This document shows positions 1 to 12,590 of a stretch of 64,000 nt of DNA, in pieces. Source of the stretch: Callorhinchus milii (lineage: Eukaryota); contig NW_024704742.1 of the NCBI RefSeq assembly GCF_018977255.1, positions 23,500,001 through 23,564,000 of the forward strand, written 5' to 3'. The number at the start of each line of letters is the position of its first letter. Position 1 is the first letter of the stretch. Under the pieces are notes generated by a model. The model was not told the origin of the DNA and made no database searches. It saw nothing but the letters and a program-made list of their open reading frames with translations. The position numbers and the translations under genes are program-made.

Positions 1-95
1 ACTGTGCATCTCTGTCTCTGTGTGTCTGTGAGTGTGTGTGTCTCTCTCTGTGTCTCTGAGTGCGTGTGTACGTGTGTCTCTCCCTCTGTCTGTGT
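1..95. repeat. Imperfect (TG)n/(TC)n microsatellite
   Basis: tgtgtctgtgagtgtgtgtgtctctctctgtgtctctg... Confidence 0.8.
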
Positions 96-2639
96 TCGGT
101 GCTGGGGCCTGAGAGCTCCTGTAGCCTCACTGGTGTCAACCAATAAAAGTATCATTGAGTAATCAGAGACAGGAATGTTAGCTTTAAGTGGTCAATTCTT
201 TTTTTAAAAAGTATATTGACAACAGTTGAGCAGGTGGACCATCATACAGTATTGTACACATATCGCTCCAATTGTTCAACCCATTTGATAGCAGCTAACA
301 CTGGAAAGTGATATTTGATTTTTTTGACAGGTGTTGGTTGAAAATACAAGCAGAATGAGCTGGATATCATTCTATTTGAAGCTAACAATCTGAACCAGAA
401 AGCGTCAACATCTTCACAATGACGTGTTGTACACATAGTATAGTTTGTTTTAAGAACTCATAAATATTCCATTACAGATATAAATGGTTGGCACAGCCCT
501 GAAGCAGAGAGGGCGCTTACAATAAAAGGCAGCATTGCTGCATTTTCAGCTCTCACATAACTCAAGCGTCACCCAGAACAGCACACTGTCAACCAATCCA
601 TCCAATTACTTCTCCAGTATAGCAAACTTATTCCTGTTTTTAAAGTTTAACTATTGCAGACATATAGTCCATACATAAAGGAGAGATTTTTAACACTGGG
701 AGGGGGTGGGGGAGGAAGAGGCAAGAGTCTCATAACTATCCTTGAGCATTACAATTAAAAATGGGATTGTTACATTATTGTACTCGAGATATTAATGACA
801 AAAAAGTAAAGATTTTAATGCATCCACTTGTTCAGTTAATCTAAGGGGTAGCGAAATTTACATGCTCACCATAGATTTATGGAATTAACTAAATTTATAG
901 GAACAAAAACAGCTTCCACTACATTTCAAGTGCCAGAAGGAACATGTTTCTTACTAGGTCAAAATATTAACATCTGTCTCAATAAAGCAACTATTGAAGT
1001 ATAGAGTGAACAAAATCATCAGGGAAAAAACAGGAATATTCACATGGGTTAAAGATATTTATTTTATACAAGCAATTTGGATTGCCGTAATAAACAGTTT
1101 CAAATTAACTACAGTTGAATAAGGCTCAAAAGGTTTAAACACTGCAAACTATAAATAGCTGAGCAAAAATCAGAATCCTCAAGTGCTTCTTCACAATATT
1201 TACTGTGGCACATTGCAAAATCCACATATCATAAAGTATATATCTGGCAGATTACCTACCTCAGTAAGGCCCTACCAAATCATCAACCTGAGAAAATAAG
1301 AACATTTCCCGAAAATAGGAACATTATCCAAAAGGAATGTTCGGATGTCCTCACTCACATTGTATCATACAACCCATCAAGTCCCTCATCATTTGGAACC
1401 CCATCCAGGATTCCAGTCTCATCAAAACAAAATGTGTGCCTTCTAGTGGGTAGTACCAGAAGAGTGTGATCTCAGAAAGGCTTTACACATTTATTTCCCC
1501 CTAATATTTTCAATGTGTACATCTTTAATTTGCTGGAGCAGGGCCTGCCTGAGAATCCAGACAAATTGATCAGGATCTAAAGTTATGACATGACAAGAAG
1601 CCTTTAGGGATGCAATGAAACTCTCTACTATAGTAAAATATTGAGAACACTTTAACGTGTTTAAAACCAGTCATCATTACCTTCACTAACTAGTGCCGCT
1701 GGCTTCTGTGATATAAATTTTTAAACAATGATTTTAAAACATGCTCTGTAAAAGCAAGAGCATCAAAGAACACAAAACGTTGAAAAGAAATACGTAGTAT
1801 TGGTTAAGGTAAAAGGCTGGGACAACATTTCTACAGTTTAGAAAAAAAACTAGCATGCTATGTGAAGGAAAATGTAATTAAGAGTTAAAGTCCAGGGAAT
1901 ATATCTATACCTTGGAGAAGTTGCAAGACGGTGCATTTCAATGTAATTTAATTCATCGTGATGTATTTATAAATAAACGTAAATTACCTCTTCTAAAATG
2001 ACAATGACCATGTCCCTTTACAAAAGAATATAGTTTCAACCTCGCATTCACTGACAATACTGCACACTTCTGTGTTGTTGGAGGAGAAACACCTCTATTT
2101 AACTAGAAACATTTTAGTTACAACCAGCAACTTACTTGGAAGGATAGAATAGGGAAGAAGAGAAAATTACCATTTCCAAAAATCTAAGACTTCCAATTGA
2201 AATCAAATTGGAAGCAGCTTTCCCTGATCTTTAAAAGTTAATTTGAGGCTATCAAAATAAAATGTTGATCTCTCAGCTATTAAATCCGATAACTCCCAGG
2301 TTGTGCTCAAAGCAGAATCTCTACACACCATGGTTTACAATAATGTCATTAGACACAACATTACTTCTCTCTGTCAATGTTTCTTCTTACCCTCTCACAG
2401 TACTTTGTTGATGAGCAGAAAAGAAATTTGAAGAACATGTTTGAATTACACATGATTTTGCATGCTGAAATGTTATTGTGCTTAGTTAATGCAAAATTAA
2501 AAAAGCATCAACAACAAATACGTATCAAGAAAATTCCAATTCAATCTCTCTCTCTCTCACTCTCTCTATCTCCTATCTATTTAGCATAAAAATATAATAA
2601 TTGCATCTATGTGTTGACTTATGTACTGCATGTAAATGC

Positions 2640-2945
2640 AGCGCCTTCACACCTCAGGCACTGGCAACATCACCGTCCATGGATGCACACTCCACCTCAC
2701 CAAACCAGTCTGGAACCTTGGCATCTTGTTTGACCCTCAACTGTTCTTTCTACCCCACATCCGTGCCATGACCCACTCTGCCTTCCCTCACCTCCGCAAC
2801 AACGCCCGGCTCCGCCACTATCTCACCCCTCAGACTGCCGAAACCCTCCACTTTGATCGTGCCTTCCCTGTCCTGCACCGTACCTGATCCCAACACCCCT
2901 GCTCGGGACATCCAACCGAAGTGAAAAGCGTTATGTAATTTTGTA
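2640..2945 (+). mobile_element. Internally deleted L2 fragment
   Basis: LTKPVWNLGILFDPQL...HLRNNARLRHYLTPQTAETL joined to FDRAF and a tail-like gtgaaaagcgttatgtaattttg. Confidence 0.85.
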
Positions 2946-3708
2946 TTGTATTAATAGTACTGCACCACGAATATCTTCCAGCAAATCTGCCAGTTGCTGA
3001 TTTAGAGTAGCAAGCCATAGAGAAAGGGGGTGGCTCAGAGCTAATGTCATTAGGTGGCATTAGTTATGAAATGTTAAAATTCAACAGCTGCAAACTAGCT
3101 CAGGCTGCAAAATCCCATCAGATGGAATAGGCTATTTTGCTTTACTCAGTTCCAGACAATTCTGAAGTGTAAAGCAAGGATTATAAAACTGCACTACAAA
3201 GCAAAAGTACATAAAATCTGTTCAGTGATGACACCACAAAACTTTAATACTGTTGTAATTTACTTTGCATTGCAAATGTTTAAAATTCATAGTGTAAGTT
3301 TGACCTTAGTAACACAACATATTCAGGAGCTGCCTCTGTTTTCACCAAAATTATATTAAGAGAGCTGCTACCTAAAATTAGCATTCTGTTTTGCTGAAAT
3401 GCTTTGTCAGCACTTTCTGTATTGCAAGCATTTTAATTCAAAGGACCACATAAGAAAGATTGACCCGAGCAAAAAACAGATTAGAATGAAGAGCAGCCCA
3501 ACAGCTATTAAGCTAGAACAGTCTCGCTCACAAATTATACAGTTCAATTCACTTCACAGTAAGTTCTATGAAGTGCTCTGAGACGTGTCAAAGATATGAT
3601 AAGGCACTGTATCAAATGCAAGGATTATTATTGTAAAAGCACACCATTAGACTCCTTCATCTCAACCCCTAGTCTTATGTGATATTCACATTTAAGATAG
3701 CAATAACA

Positions 3709-4230
3709 TATAATAATAATCCTTGCATTGGTGTGTTATCACGTCATTGAGATGTCTCAAAGCACTTCACAGAATATACTGCAAACTGAATTGACTGCAT
3801 GTCTTGCAGGAAAAATGCAGCGGCAAATTGCGCACTGCAGTGTCCCACAAACAATCGTGGATTGAGTGCCAAATTATTTATTTATTTGTGTGTTTATTTA
3901 TGTATGTATTTATTTAGGAAGGGATTATCACCCCCAGAATGCAGTCTGTCAATCGACTAACAACTAGGTTCCTACTTACTGCTAGGTAAACAGAGGCGTG
4001 TTGTGTAAGGAAATTTGCCTGAGGTTTCGCCCTGCCCTGGAATCTAACCCGGGTCTTCTTGCTTACCGGGCAAGTGCTCGAACTATTATAATAATAATAA
4101 TAATAATCCTTGCATTTGATATAGCGCTTTTCACGTCTTCTAGACGTCCCAACACACTTCACAGAATATACTGTAAAGTGAATTGACTGTATATTTGTGG
4201 GCGAATTATTATTATTATGCTACAGACTCA
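3709..4230 (-). mobile_element. tRNA-head/Meta-like SINE whose head is interrupted by a second 5'-truncated SINE tail (about 4088-4215)
   Basis: Tail ataataatccttgcatt at 3709; Meta-like ctaggttcctacttactgctaggtaaacagaggc at about 3964-3997; head remnant caagtgctcgaac...gctacagactc split by a second (taa)n tail. Confidence 0.8.
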
Positions 4231-6892
4231 AATGTGGAGGGTAAGTGGAGAGTAAGAGCAGTGAAAGAACAAGTGAGATAGTCCCTTCCTGCAGTACTGA
4301 AATATCAGACCTGGTGGATCAAGCAACTATCCACAACAAAGGCCCAAGAAAAACACGGGATGGAGAACAACAGAGAGGTCACAGGAGAAAAGAATGGCAA
4401 GAGAATACAGAAGGACAAACAAACATCTAGATTGCACAAGTACAATCAAGGCAAAAGGAATGGCTGGGCTGCTCGAATGTAGAATCCACGATTAGTGATG
4501 AGGAAGATGATTGATGTGATGGTAATCAGAAAGAGAGGGAAATCAGAAGAGGAAGGTGAAGATGATAAAGAATCTGAGTCGGTGAAGATATCTCCCAGAA
4601 GCAGGAAGCCAGTGACTGAGAGGAAGATTAGAGAGCCTTGAGGGAGGAGACCGAAACCCAAGAAGTTGCCTGCTATCTCCAGCATTATGAGTAGCGACAA
4701 CGAAGGAGGAACAAGATCAATGACTGGAAGAAACATGACAAGGAGCAGAAAATGGAGCTGGAGGAGAGAAGTAAACAGCAGAAGAGCTGAGGAAGCTGAA
4801 GAAAACGAAATAGAGGCAGGATGAAGAAAAGGTGGACTGGTGAGGAAAGAAGGTAAAAGCTAGAAATGGGGATGAAAATTAACAACATTACATTTGTATA
4901 GCGCCTGTCACATCGAGAGGATATCCCAAGGAACTGGAATTTGAACAAAAGTGACAGGAAATGGGAGAAGATCAAGTCAATGCTCTCAAGTCCTAAAGTT
5001 TTGAGTTCAGGGAATGAAGAGTTGATGAGGCTGAAACAAGCTGGGTCTATTCAAGAAAAGAAGAAAGTTTGAAAAATGGGGAAAGTTATCAGAAGGAAAA
5101 ATGCAGAAAAAAAAGATGCAGAAGAAGAGCAATGGATCTTGAAATAAAAAGAGAAACCGAATGAGCTTCGAGAAGAAATGAATATGGAATCAAACCAGAA
5201 AGAGGAGTGGAAAAAGACTAGAGAAAAAGAAAGGATTGGAGAAGGGAAGATGTATTATTATTATATAAGATGTAGGATATCCCGACGTGAAAGGGGCTAT
5301 ACAAATGTAATCTTGTTGTTGCAGTTGATACCACTTTAAGAATTAAAAGGTAATTAAGAAAGAGCCAATAAGATAAAGACAAGTACAAAAGGACCCTGAG
5401 AGTGAGACAAATTTGGTGTGGTTATGGGTAGTGGATGGGAGCGGCTCTGAGTTTCTGATAAACTTATTAACTCACCGGAGTTTTGGATTGAGAATTATTA
5501 CAAAGGGCACTGAAAAAGTGTCTATCGAAAGAGTTAAAAAGCAAATGCAAACCTCAAAATACTTGTTCCAGCATGGCACTCAAGCCAACTATTTGAAATA
5601 CTGCAGCTATAGTTTACCATCTACTATCATGCTGGTAAATTTAGGAGCCATGTATAATGCATTACAACTCAAAACAAAATGCACTTAGCATCAATAAACC
5701 TGAACTAATCAGAGTTAATCCCTTTCCACGAGAAGGAAAACTGCAAAATAAAATGAGTAAAATCACATCTCCATAATATCGGTGCCTAAGTAGGATTAGC
5801 AACGTCCCTTGAGAGAGAACATGAGTAAGAAGAGCCTATCTGAATAGCAAGCAAACCTGCAAGAAAATGCAAATGGCTTCCTAATTATCTACAGGCTATT
5901 AACATGCAGTTCCAATTACCAGCAATTAAAATCAGTTTAAACATTATGACAAAAGTTTATTGAAACTGGGAGAAATTATATGCTAATTACTGTACCATAA
6001 AACAAATGCTAAGTGTCTATTTTGACTAGGGATGCAATAAATAGCAAATTTCACACATTCAGAATTAGTAACAGCCCATTCAACACTCACTGTGATTTGA
6101 AACAATCCTTAAGGTCATGCCTGACATATTTACTAAGATAGAATGTTTATGTGCGTTTATTTTTAAAAAATTAAATTCACATTATTGTTATCAGTACCAT
6201 TTAGATTTTTAAATGGAATGCAATTAAAACTAGCTGTGCCTTCTAGCTGCTTCTAGTAACTGCTTAGAATATGAATATTAAAACAATTTGCGATTTGCAT
6301 ACAAATCTTTGCTTAACACAGAAATACAGTAAACTACGATGCAGCATTTAACATGTGTAAAACCTTGTTTTTATTAAAGTTTTTGTAGGGAACATTATTG
6401 TTACTTAAAAATGAGAATCTCCCACTCAAGGCTCCGTTGCTCCGCCTACCTCTCTTTCTTCCATTACATCTCACATTAAGACCTATATTTTCAATCTTGC
6501 TTTTGGTCAACTTCCTCAACTGCCCATACAGATAGATGTATGAAGTGCTTCAAGACACCCTCCTGATATGAAAGCCACTATATAAATGTGAATTACTTTT
6601 GTGGCTTTATATTTAAACTTCCCGTTTTCATGCAGAATAAAGAGAGAGCACTTGTATAAAGTATGTAAGTGAACACATAATGGGGGCATGGCTGATCTTC
6701 ACTGGAAACAACCTACCATATTAATCTGGAATCATGAGCTGCACTACATCATATTTATCATCAAATCAAGGTTAATTAATAAACAAAGTCCTTTTCAATA
6801 CAGCACCATATACACTTCACTGAGGGTATAATAAGAAAAAAAATGTGCATTCAGGATCAACTGGAGAATCTAATAAAATACCAATTTTATAA

Positions 6893-7145
6893 ATAATATT
6901 CTTTGTATTTGATATAGTGCTTCTCATGTCGGGAAAACTTCTCAAAGGGCTTCACAGGATTTACTATCACGCATGGTGACTGTGTTTCATGAGCAAATAT
7001 GGCAGCTAATTTGCACACAGCAATGTCCCAAAAGCATACATGATGTGAATGTCCAATTTTATCTGGGGAACTGATTGCCAGAACATCGGGAGGAAATCAT
7101 CTCTTTTAGAGTAGCACCATGGGATCTCTAACATCCAAGAGAAGG
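6893..7145 (-). mobile_element. Deu-domain SINE, 5'-truncated and diverged
   Basis: ggcagctaatttgcacacagcaatgtccca and agtagcaccatgggatctctaacatcca match the Deu domain. Confidence 0.75.
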
Positions 7146-8344
7146 GCTGGTACAATGTGATACTACAGTGACAATATTCCTGATAGAATTTTTTTTTGGT
7201 GAGCAGCACTGTAGCCAATTGTCTTCAACATGATGTCCAATTATCCATAGTGGTTGTTTATCCACAATGAGGCTGGTCTCAATTACTGAAAATAATTGGC
7301 TCATTGCCGTATTTTCTAAAGGAAAATAAAAGTTGCAATCAACACCTCACTGTGAAACATGTGACTGTCCTTTTGCAACAACTCGCAGGATATTATTTTG
7401 TTATGTATTGTACTGTCTCTCACTGCAAATGGAAGATTTGGGACTCCAGATAAAGGATTTTTTTGGTAAATGCTGGCACCAAAGAAATGAATGACCCACT
7501 CTCCTTGTGTGTAATTACACCAGCCAAGATTGTAACAATTCATCACAAGGAGAAGGATGGGACTAAGGAAAGGGCTAGTCAAAGGAGATAGCCTTTGACT
7601 AAGTACTGGACCTCAAAGATCGATACTCAACAGATATTATTATAAAAGAACAATTGAATTCTGAAGGCATTTTAAGACAGCCTACACATTAAGAGATTGA
7701 AAGGGAAAGCTCATCAGAATGATCTTAGCCTCACAGGATTACCCTTTCTCACAAGAATATAAATCAGAATGTGTTCAAAATGTTTTCTAGCTCGCTCGCA
7801 ATCAGGAATTTCAGTATTTAAAGATTTAATGAGGAAAGAAATATTTTTCCTGAATATTTAGTAAGAATAATAAAATGGGTCTCTTTACTGAGTGAAATTT
7901 TGTATTTCCCAGAAGTGAAAACAATTTGCCACTGAAAGCAACAAACTTCTCTTTCATTTAGAAAATAAAGGGTAATTCTAAATAATGCTGATGGCACTGT
8001 TTTAAACTTTAAATTGCAGAAGCTCTGTTTATGTTTTTTTAAATTAACCTGAAAAAACAAGCCTGTACAACTTCTGCTCCATAAACAATGAGTGCCCTGA
8101 ATAAAGTCTAATTTGCCTAATCCTTCTACAACAGATGGTATAATAAACAAGATAATCAAGTGACACAATATCAAATATATGTTGCATTACAAATTTCATC
8201 TGTGCCTCATATGAAGCAAAACAATTTTACAAAATCATGAACAGTACCTGTAACTCAATACATTACACAATTCAAAAAGGTTACAATAGTAATTGCCCTA
8301 AAGGTAACTCACCGTATGCACAAATATTGTGTATTAACAAGTTA

Positions 8345-8570
8345 TTCAACCACTGGGACAAAAAAAGTCAAACCTGACCCTAACATCCAATATTCGCAAA
8401 TGTGCACTTTCCCCCATGGGTCATTGGATTAAGACCCTTAGCCAAGGAACTTAAAGCCAAGAGTAACACCACATTAAAAGCCGGGGATAAAATCTGGCAC
8501 CTTTCCTATCTGTACAGCACAGTTCATTACAGCTGGTAGACTGGGCAATGTGCCATTAGGGTGAGCTCTG
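8345..8570 (-). mobile_element. AmnSINE2-like old SINE fragment
   Basis: cctgaccctaacatcca...gcactttcccccatgggtcattggat resembles the reverse complement of the AmnSINE2 body (recalled consensus). Confidence 0.45.
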
Positions 8571-9992
8571 GCTTTTTTTCACTCCAGTGTAGTCCTTTAA
8601 GGGCTTTAAGACATCTAGAAGACGTGAAAAGCACTATATCAAATGCAAGGATTATTATATTATTATGAAGGATTCATGAACTAAAAATATGCTACATACA
8701 AAAACCACACCTCAGTAAAAATAATTTAGAAAATTAGCTTTGAAATGGTAAAAAATGTGCACCACAAATTATAAACTAAAATAAAGATATTATTATACAT
8801 ACATATTTGATGTGCGCAACTGGCTGTCGCATTTCGCCTACAAAATATGATGTTAATTCACTTTTCTGTGAAGTGCTTTGAGACATCTCAATGATGTGAT
8901 ATGGTGCTAAACCAAATGCAAGGATTATTATGTTTATCCCAAAAAACTCTCAGAAATAAAGTGGAGAGAAACACAGGTTTCCTTTAAATTATTTTCACCC
9001 AAAAGTGATGAAAGGTCATGGAGAGTATTTTCTCCTCCCAAGAAAAAGACAAGTTCATTCAATCCAGTACACAGGTTTAAATTTAAACAAAACATCTTCT
9101 GTATGTACAATTCACATCCACAAACTCATTATGGATCCACAAGGCCAAGATCAACTGTGCAATCTTGCTCAATTTATACTAAGGTGCTCTGGCTTGAATG
9201 CCTCTCGATTTCAAAGTTTATGTACCCAATGGTAGGCAATCTTGCTACTGTGGTTTTCTCTTATGGTAACTATCAATCTGCTAGCACAAAAAACAAGCCG
9301 GAAGTGACAATAACTGAATTTTGTTCCAATATGATCCAAATTTCTCCAGAAAAAGGAGATGGAAGATTGTTGAAATGATATTTTATCAAAAGACTACAGT
9401 CACTTTTTGCAGTGACAATAACAATTTTAAATTTAGAGGAAAATGTGAAAACTTGTTTCAAACTGGTGTGACATGAAGCTGCAAACTGTGTTCATCGCTG
9501 AAGTTTTTTTTTCATGTGACAATAGATGGAATTGATAAAATAATGTAAAAAAATCTATTGATATCTAAACATTTGTAATCAAGTAAAATATGAGGCATGT
9601 ACTGTATTATACAATGCCTTGAGGTAATAATTTCATCAGATTCCCCAGGCTTTCTATACAATGTTTTAAATATTGCACAGAGCTAAAAATTTAGACATAG
9701 TCTATTGGAAAAAAAATGTCACCTCTGCAACCTAGGTCTACATTTACTCTGTTTAAATAGCAATTTATAGCATCCAGGATTTGGCAAATTATTACATACA
9801 GTCTAATTTTGAAGCTAGATATCTTCAAGTTATTTTAAGAAAAAAATGTAAATAGTAAAATACAAGAGCAAGTACAGAGTCTGCTGGAATTTCACTTCAA
9901 TAGACGTCAGACAGACTGAAGGGATGAGTGGGGGATGTCTGTAATGTACTCTTATATTCAAAATAGGAGACAAACATGAATCAACAACTGGA

Positions 9993-10100
9993 TAATAATA
10001 ATCCTTGCATTTGATATAGCGCTTTTCACATCTTCCAGATGTCTCAAAGCACTTCACAGAACAGACTGTAAAGTGAATTGACTGTATATTTGTGGGCGAA
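9993..10100 (-). mobile_element. SINE 3' tail fragment
   Basis: ataataataatccttgcatttgatatagcgcttttcac...ctgtaaagtgaattgactgtatatttgtgggcgaa. Confidence 0.85.
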
Positions 10101-10149
10101 ATGGATGAACATTGGTCGCGAAGAAATTCTATTTCATGAGATACTATGT

Positions 10150-10400
10150 TATCTAAAGCACATAGGCACCATGAGGAATCGTCAGAACGGCTTTGAAAGC
10201 AATATGGCTCATTGCCTCATGAATCTACTGGAGATAAATTTTCAGACCTACCATTCAATGGACATAGTTACAGGATTTTCCAAAGAAATTTGATAACACT
10301 TTCCCCATATGATGCAACAAAAGATTAATAAATCCACCGAATTAATGGCATTTTAACGGAATTAAAGTGATTTAATGAAAGAATTAAAAATTGGCTTGGC
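10150..10400 (+). mobile_element. Old CR1 RT fragment
   Basis: RNRQNGFES...CLMNLLE resembles the CR1 motif SQHGF...SCLTNLLEF. Confidence 0.55.
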
Positions 10401-10600
10401 AGGACTCTCCTGACAGCTCAGTGGTTCAGTCCATGGCTCATTGTGGCATGAAGCCACACAGATCAATCCAGGTTTCAACGCTGATCTTTCAAGTTAACTG
10501 ATTTAATTCAAGGATTGACATTAAAACTGGCCTCAGTGTTAGACACTTAGGGATTGAATATTCAGCCAGGGTACCACCTTTTATAGCTGTCCAGGTTTGC
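10401..10600 (+). mobile_element. AmnSINE2-like old SINE
   Basis: agctcagtggtt head, agccacacaga, gttaactgat, actggcctcagtg, tcagccagggt...gctgtccag are collinear with recalled AmnSINE2. Confidence 0.55.
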
Positions 10601-11934
10601 TCACTCTCCCAATTAGCAAGGAGGGTATATTGTTCCATCTGTCCAGGTTTGAGAGGACACTTAAAAAAATTGAGGAAAGAGGTGGAAAGTAGATCTATTG
10701 TAAATGTATGTTTCTCAGATTTCTTTTGGGATATTCTGGATGTGGGCCATTATTCATTTTCAAGTTTTGTTTAGGTTCATGCTGACAGAAGTGAGGCCAA
10801 AAGGACAGAATCCCATTTCCTCTCCCCACCCCTCCCATTGAACTACTAAAACCTCAAGAGTCCAAACAAATTGCCAATGAGCTCCCCACATCTGCCTTTC
10901 AACCAAAAAATACTGACACTCTGCCTAACAAGTAATATCACTTGAATATAGACTACTGTATGTACAGCTCTCAATATCCTGTGTGTCACTGTATGTAGCA
11001 CATGTACTTTATATATTAAGATTAAAGAAGCCATGCAAAAAATGACTTTCAAAAAAAAAGTACAAATTAAAAAAATCTCAGAGAGATCAAGGACGACTGG
11101 ACATGACCTAGGCTCTAATTGGCAAAGATTAAACCAGTATTCATTGAAAAACACATCAAACTTGTAAAATATTCATGGAACTTGAGAAAACGCGAATGTT
11201 TTCCGACATCATTGCATGATGGAATTGGGGTTTGACTGATCAACAGCTAAGCATGGTACCTAAGATATGTCCAAATTAAGGAAGCAATACTAATATATAC
11301 AAGTACACATAAAGTTCTTATAATGAGGAATTACCCATTTTCTGTTGAGACTAACAATTGAAAGAGAATCTAGGTGTCCTTTAAAAAATGTTGATTAGGT
11401 TATTGGGAAGGAAAAGGAAAGTGGAACGATTTATGACCTGGTTATACTCAGGATTTTGTGCTAAATTTATGCCTGTAGCAGTCCGTAAATCCTAGTATAG
11501 AACAGCCAGTTCAGCTCCACCACCTCCAGGAATAGTATCTCAAATAAGTGCAGGGCAACCACGTTATAAGGGACTACCTTTTAAAGTGGGTACACTTATA
11601 AGGCAGGTGTCCTGTGGACTCGTCGTTGACTTCACCATACACCAGCTGGTTTCCCATGTGTTAATTTTGGTGGTGGGGGGCTGGGGAAGCCCAGAATGAG
11701 TCAAGCGACCAAGGACTCAAGATAGCTCCATATTCCAGTGAAAGGGAATTCAATTCCTTAGATCAGGATCCATGCCATTCCAATCCCAGCCAACAGAGAC
11801 TGAAGACAAGGCCTTCCTGTCAGTTGTTGTGACCCTCAAGAATAAATCATGGAGAGGGTTTGGATCAGGCTGATCTCTCCTGATCTGAACCTCAAAGGCT
11901 GAGAATACTGTCAGGCGCACAAGTCTAAGGAGTG

Positions 11935-11986
11935 ACTGATAAGTACAGAAACTACCACTTGATCTTAGCCAAAAGGCCAAGGAGAT
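11935..11986 (-). pseudogene. U2 snRNA 5' fragment (about the first 52 nt; 3'-truncated)
   Basis: Minus strand ATCTCCTTGGCCTTTTGGCTAAGATCAAGTGGTAGTTTCTGTACTTATCAGT versus U2 ATCGCTTCTCGGCCTTTTGGCTAAGATCAAGTGTAGTATCTGTTCTTATCAGT. Exact 23-mer GGCCTTTTGGCTAAGATCAAGTG; similarity stops after ATCAGT. Confidence 0.9.
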
Positions 11987-12394
11987 AATCAGAACAAAAA
12001 AAGTCAACTTCCAGGTCTTCTGGCCACTGTCGATGTCACTTTCTGCATGCTGAACATACACACTGTGCCCCTCTAACACCAGTAATATGCAAGCAGTGCA
12101 TGCGTGATAATGTGTAGGAAACACTGCTGGCTTCACAGTGTGTAAGCCACGTCAATGATGATCCGGCAACCAGGTACTCAGCCATTTTGTGGGACTGGAA
12201 GCCAGCACACATGAACACAATGAGCACAAGGTGATGTCAACAGTAGTATAGAAATTGGCAATGTTTCCATGCTTCGTTATAACACAGGACCTGAGACATT
12301 AGACCCGGACAACCATATTTGCAAACAGACAACAACTTGCATTTATATAGCGCCCTTCACGCAGGGTAGAGTCTGAGTGCATTGGAATTCCCCC

Positions 12395-12590
12395 ACACTG
12401 TCCACCCACCATTGACGATTGGGCCTTCAGCTTTTTTGCCCCTCCCCTCTGAAGTCCATCTCAGAATCCCTCCACCTCATCCTCTCTTGATTTTTGATTC
12501 CAACCCCCAGCTCGGGTGAAAACGTAATTGTGCAATATGACGTCCTTCCAATGTGAAGGCACTATATAAATGTAATTTGCTGCTGTTGTT
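12395..12590 (+). mobile_element. L2 3' end (an inverted tail stub lies at 12327-12365)
   Basis: cccaccattgacgattgggccttcagc...gtgaaggcactatataaatgtaatttgctgctgttgtt. Confidence 0.75.
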
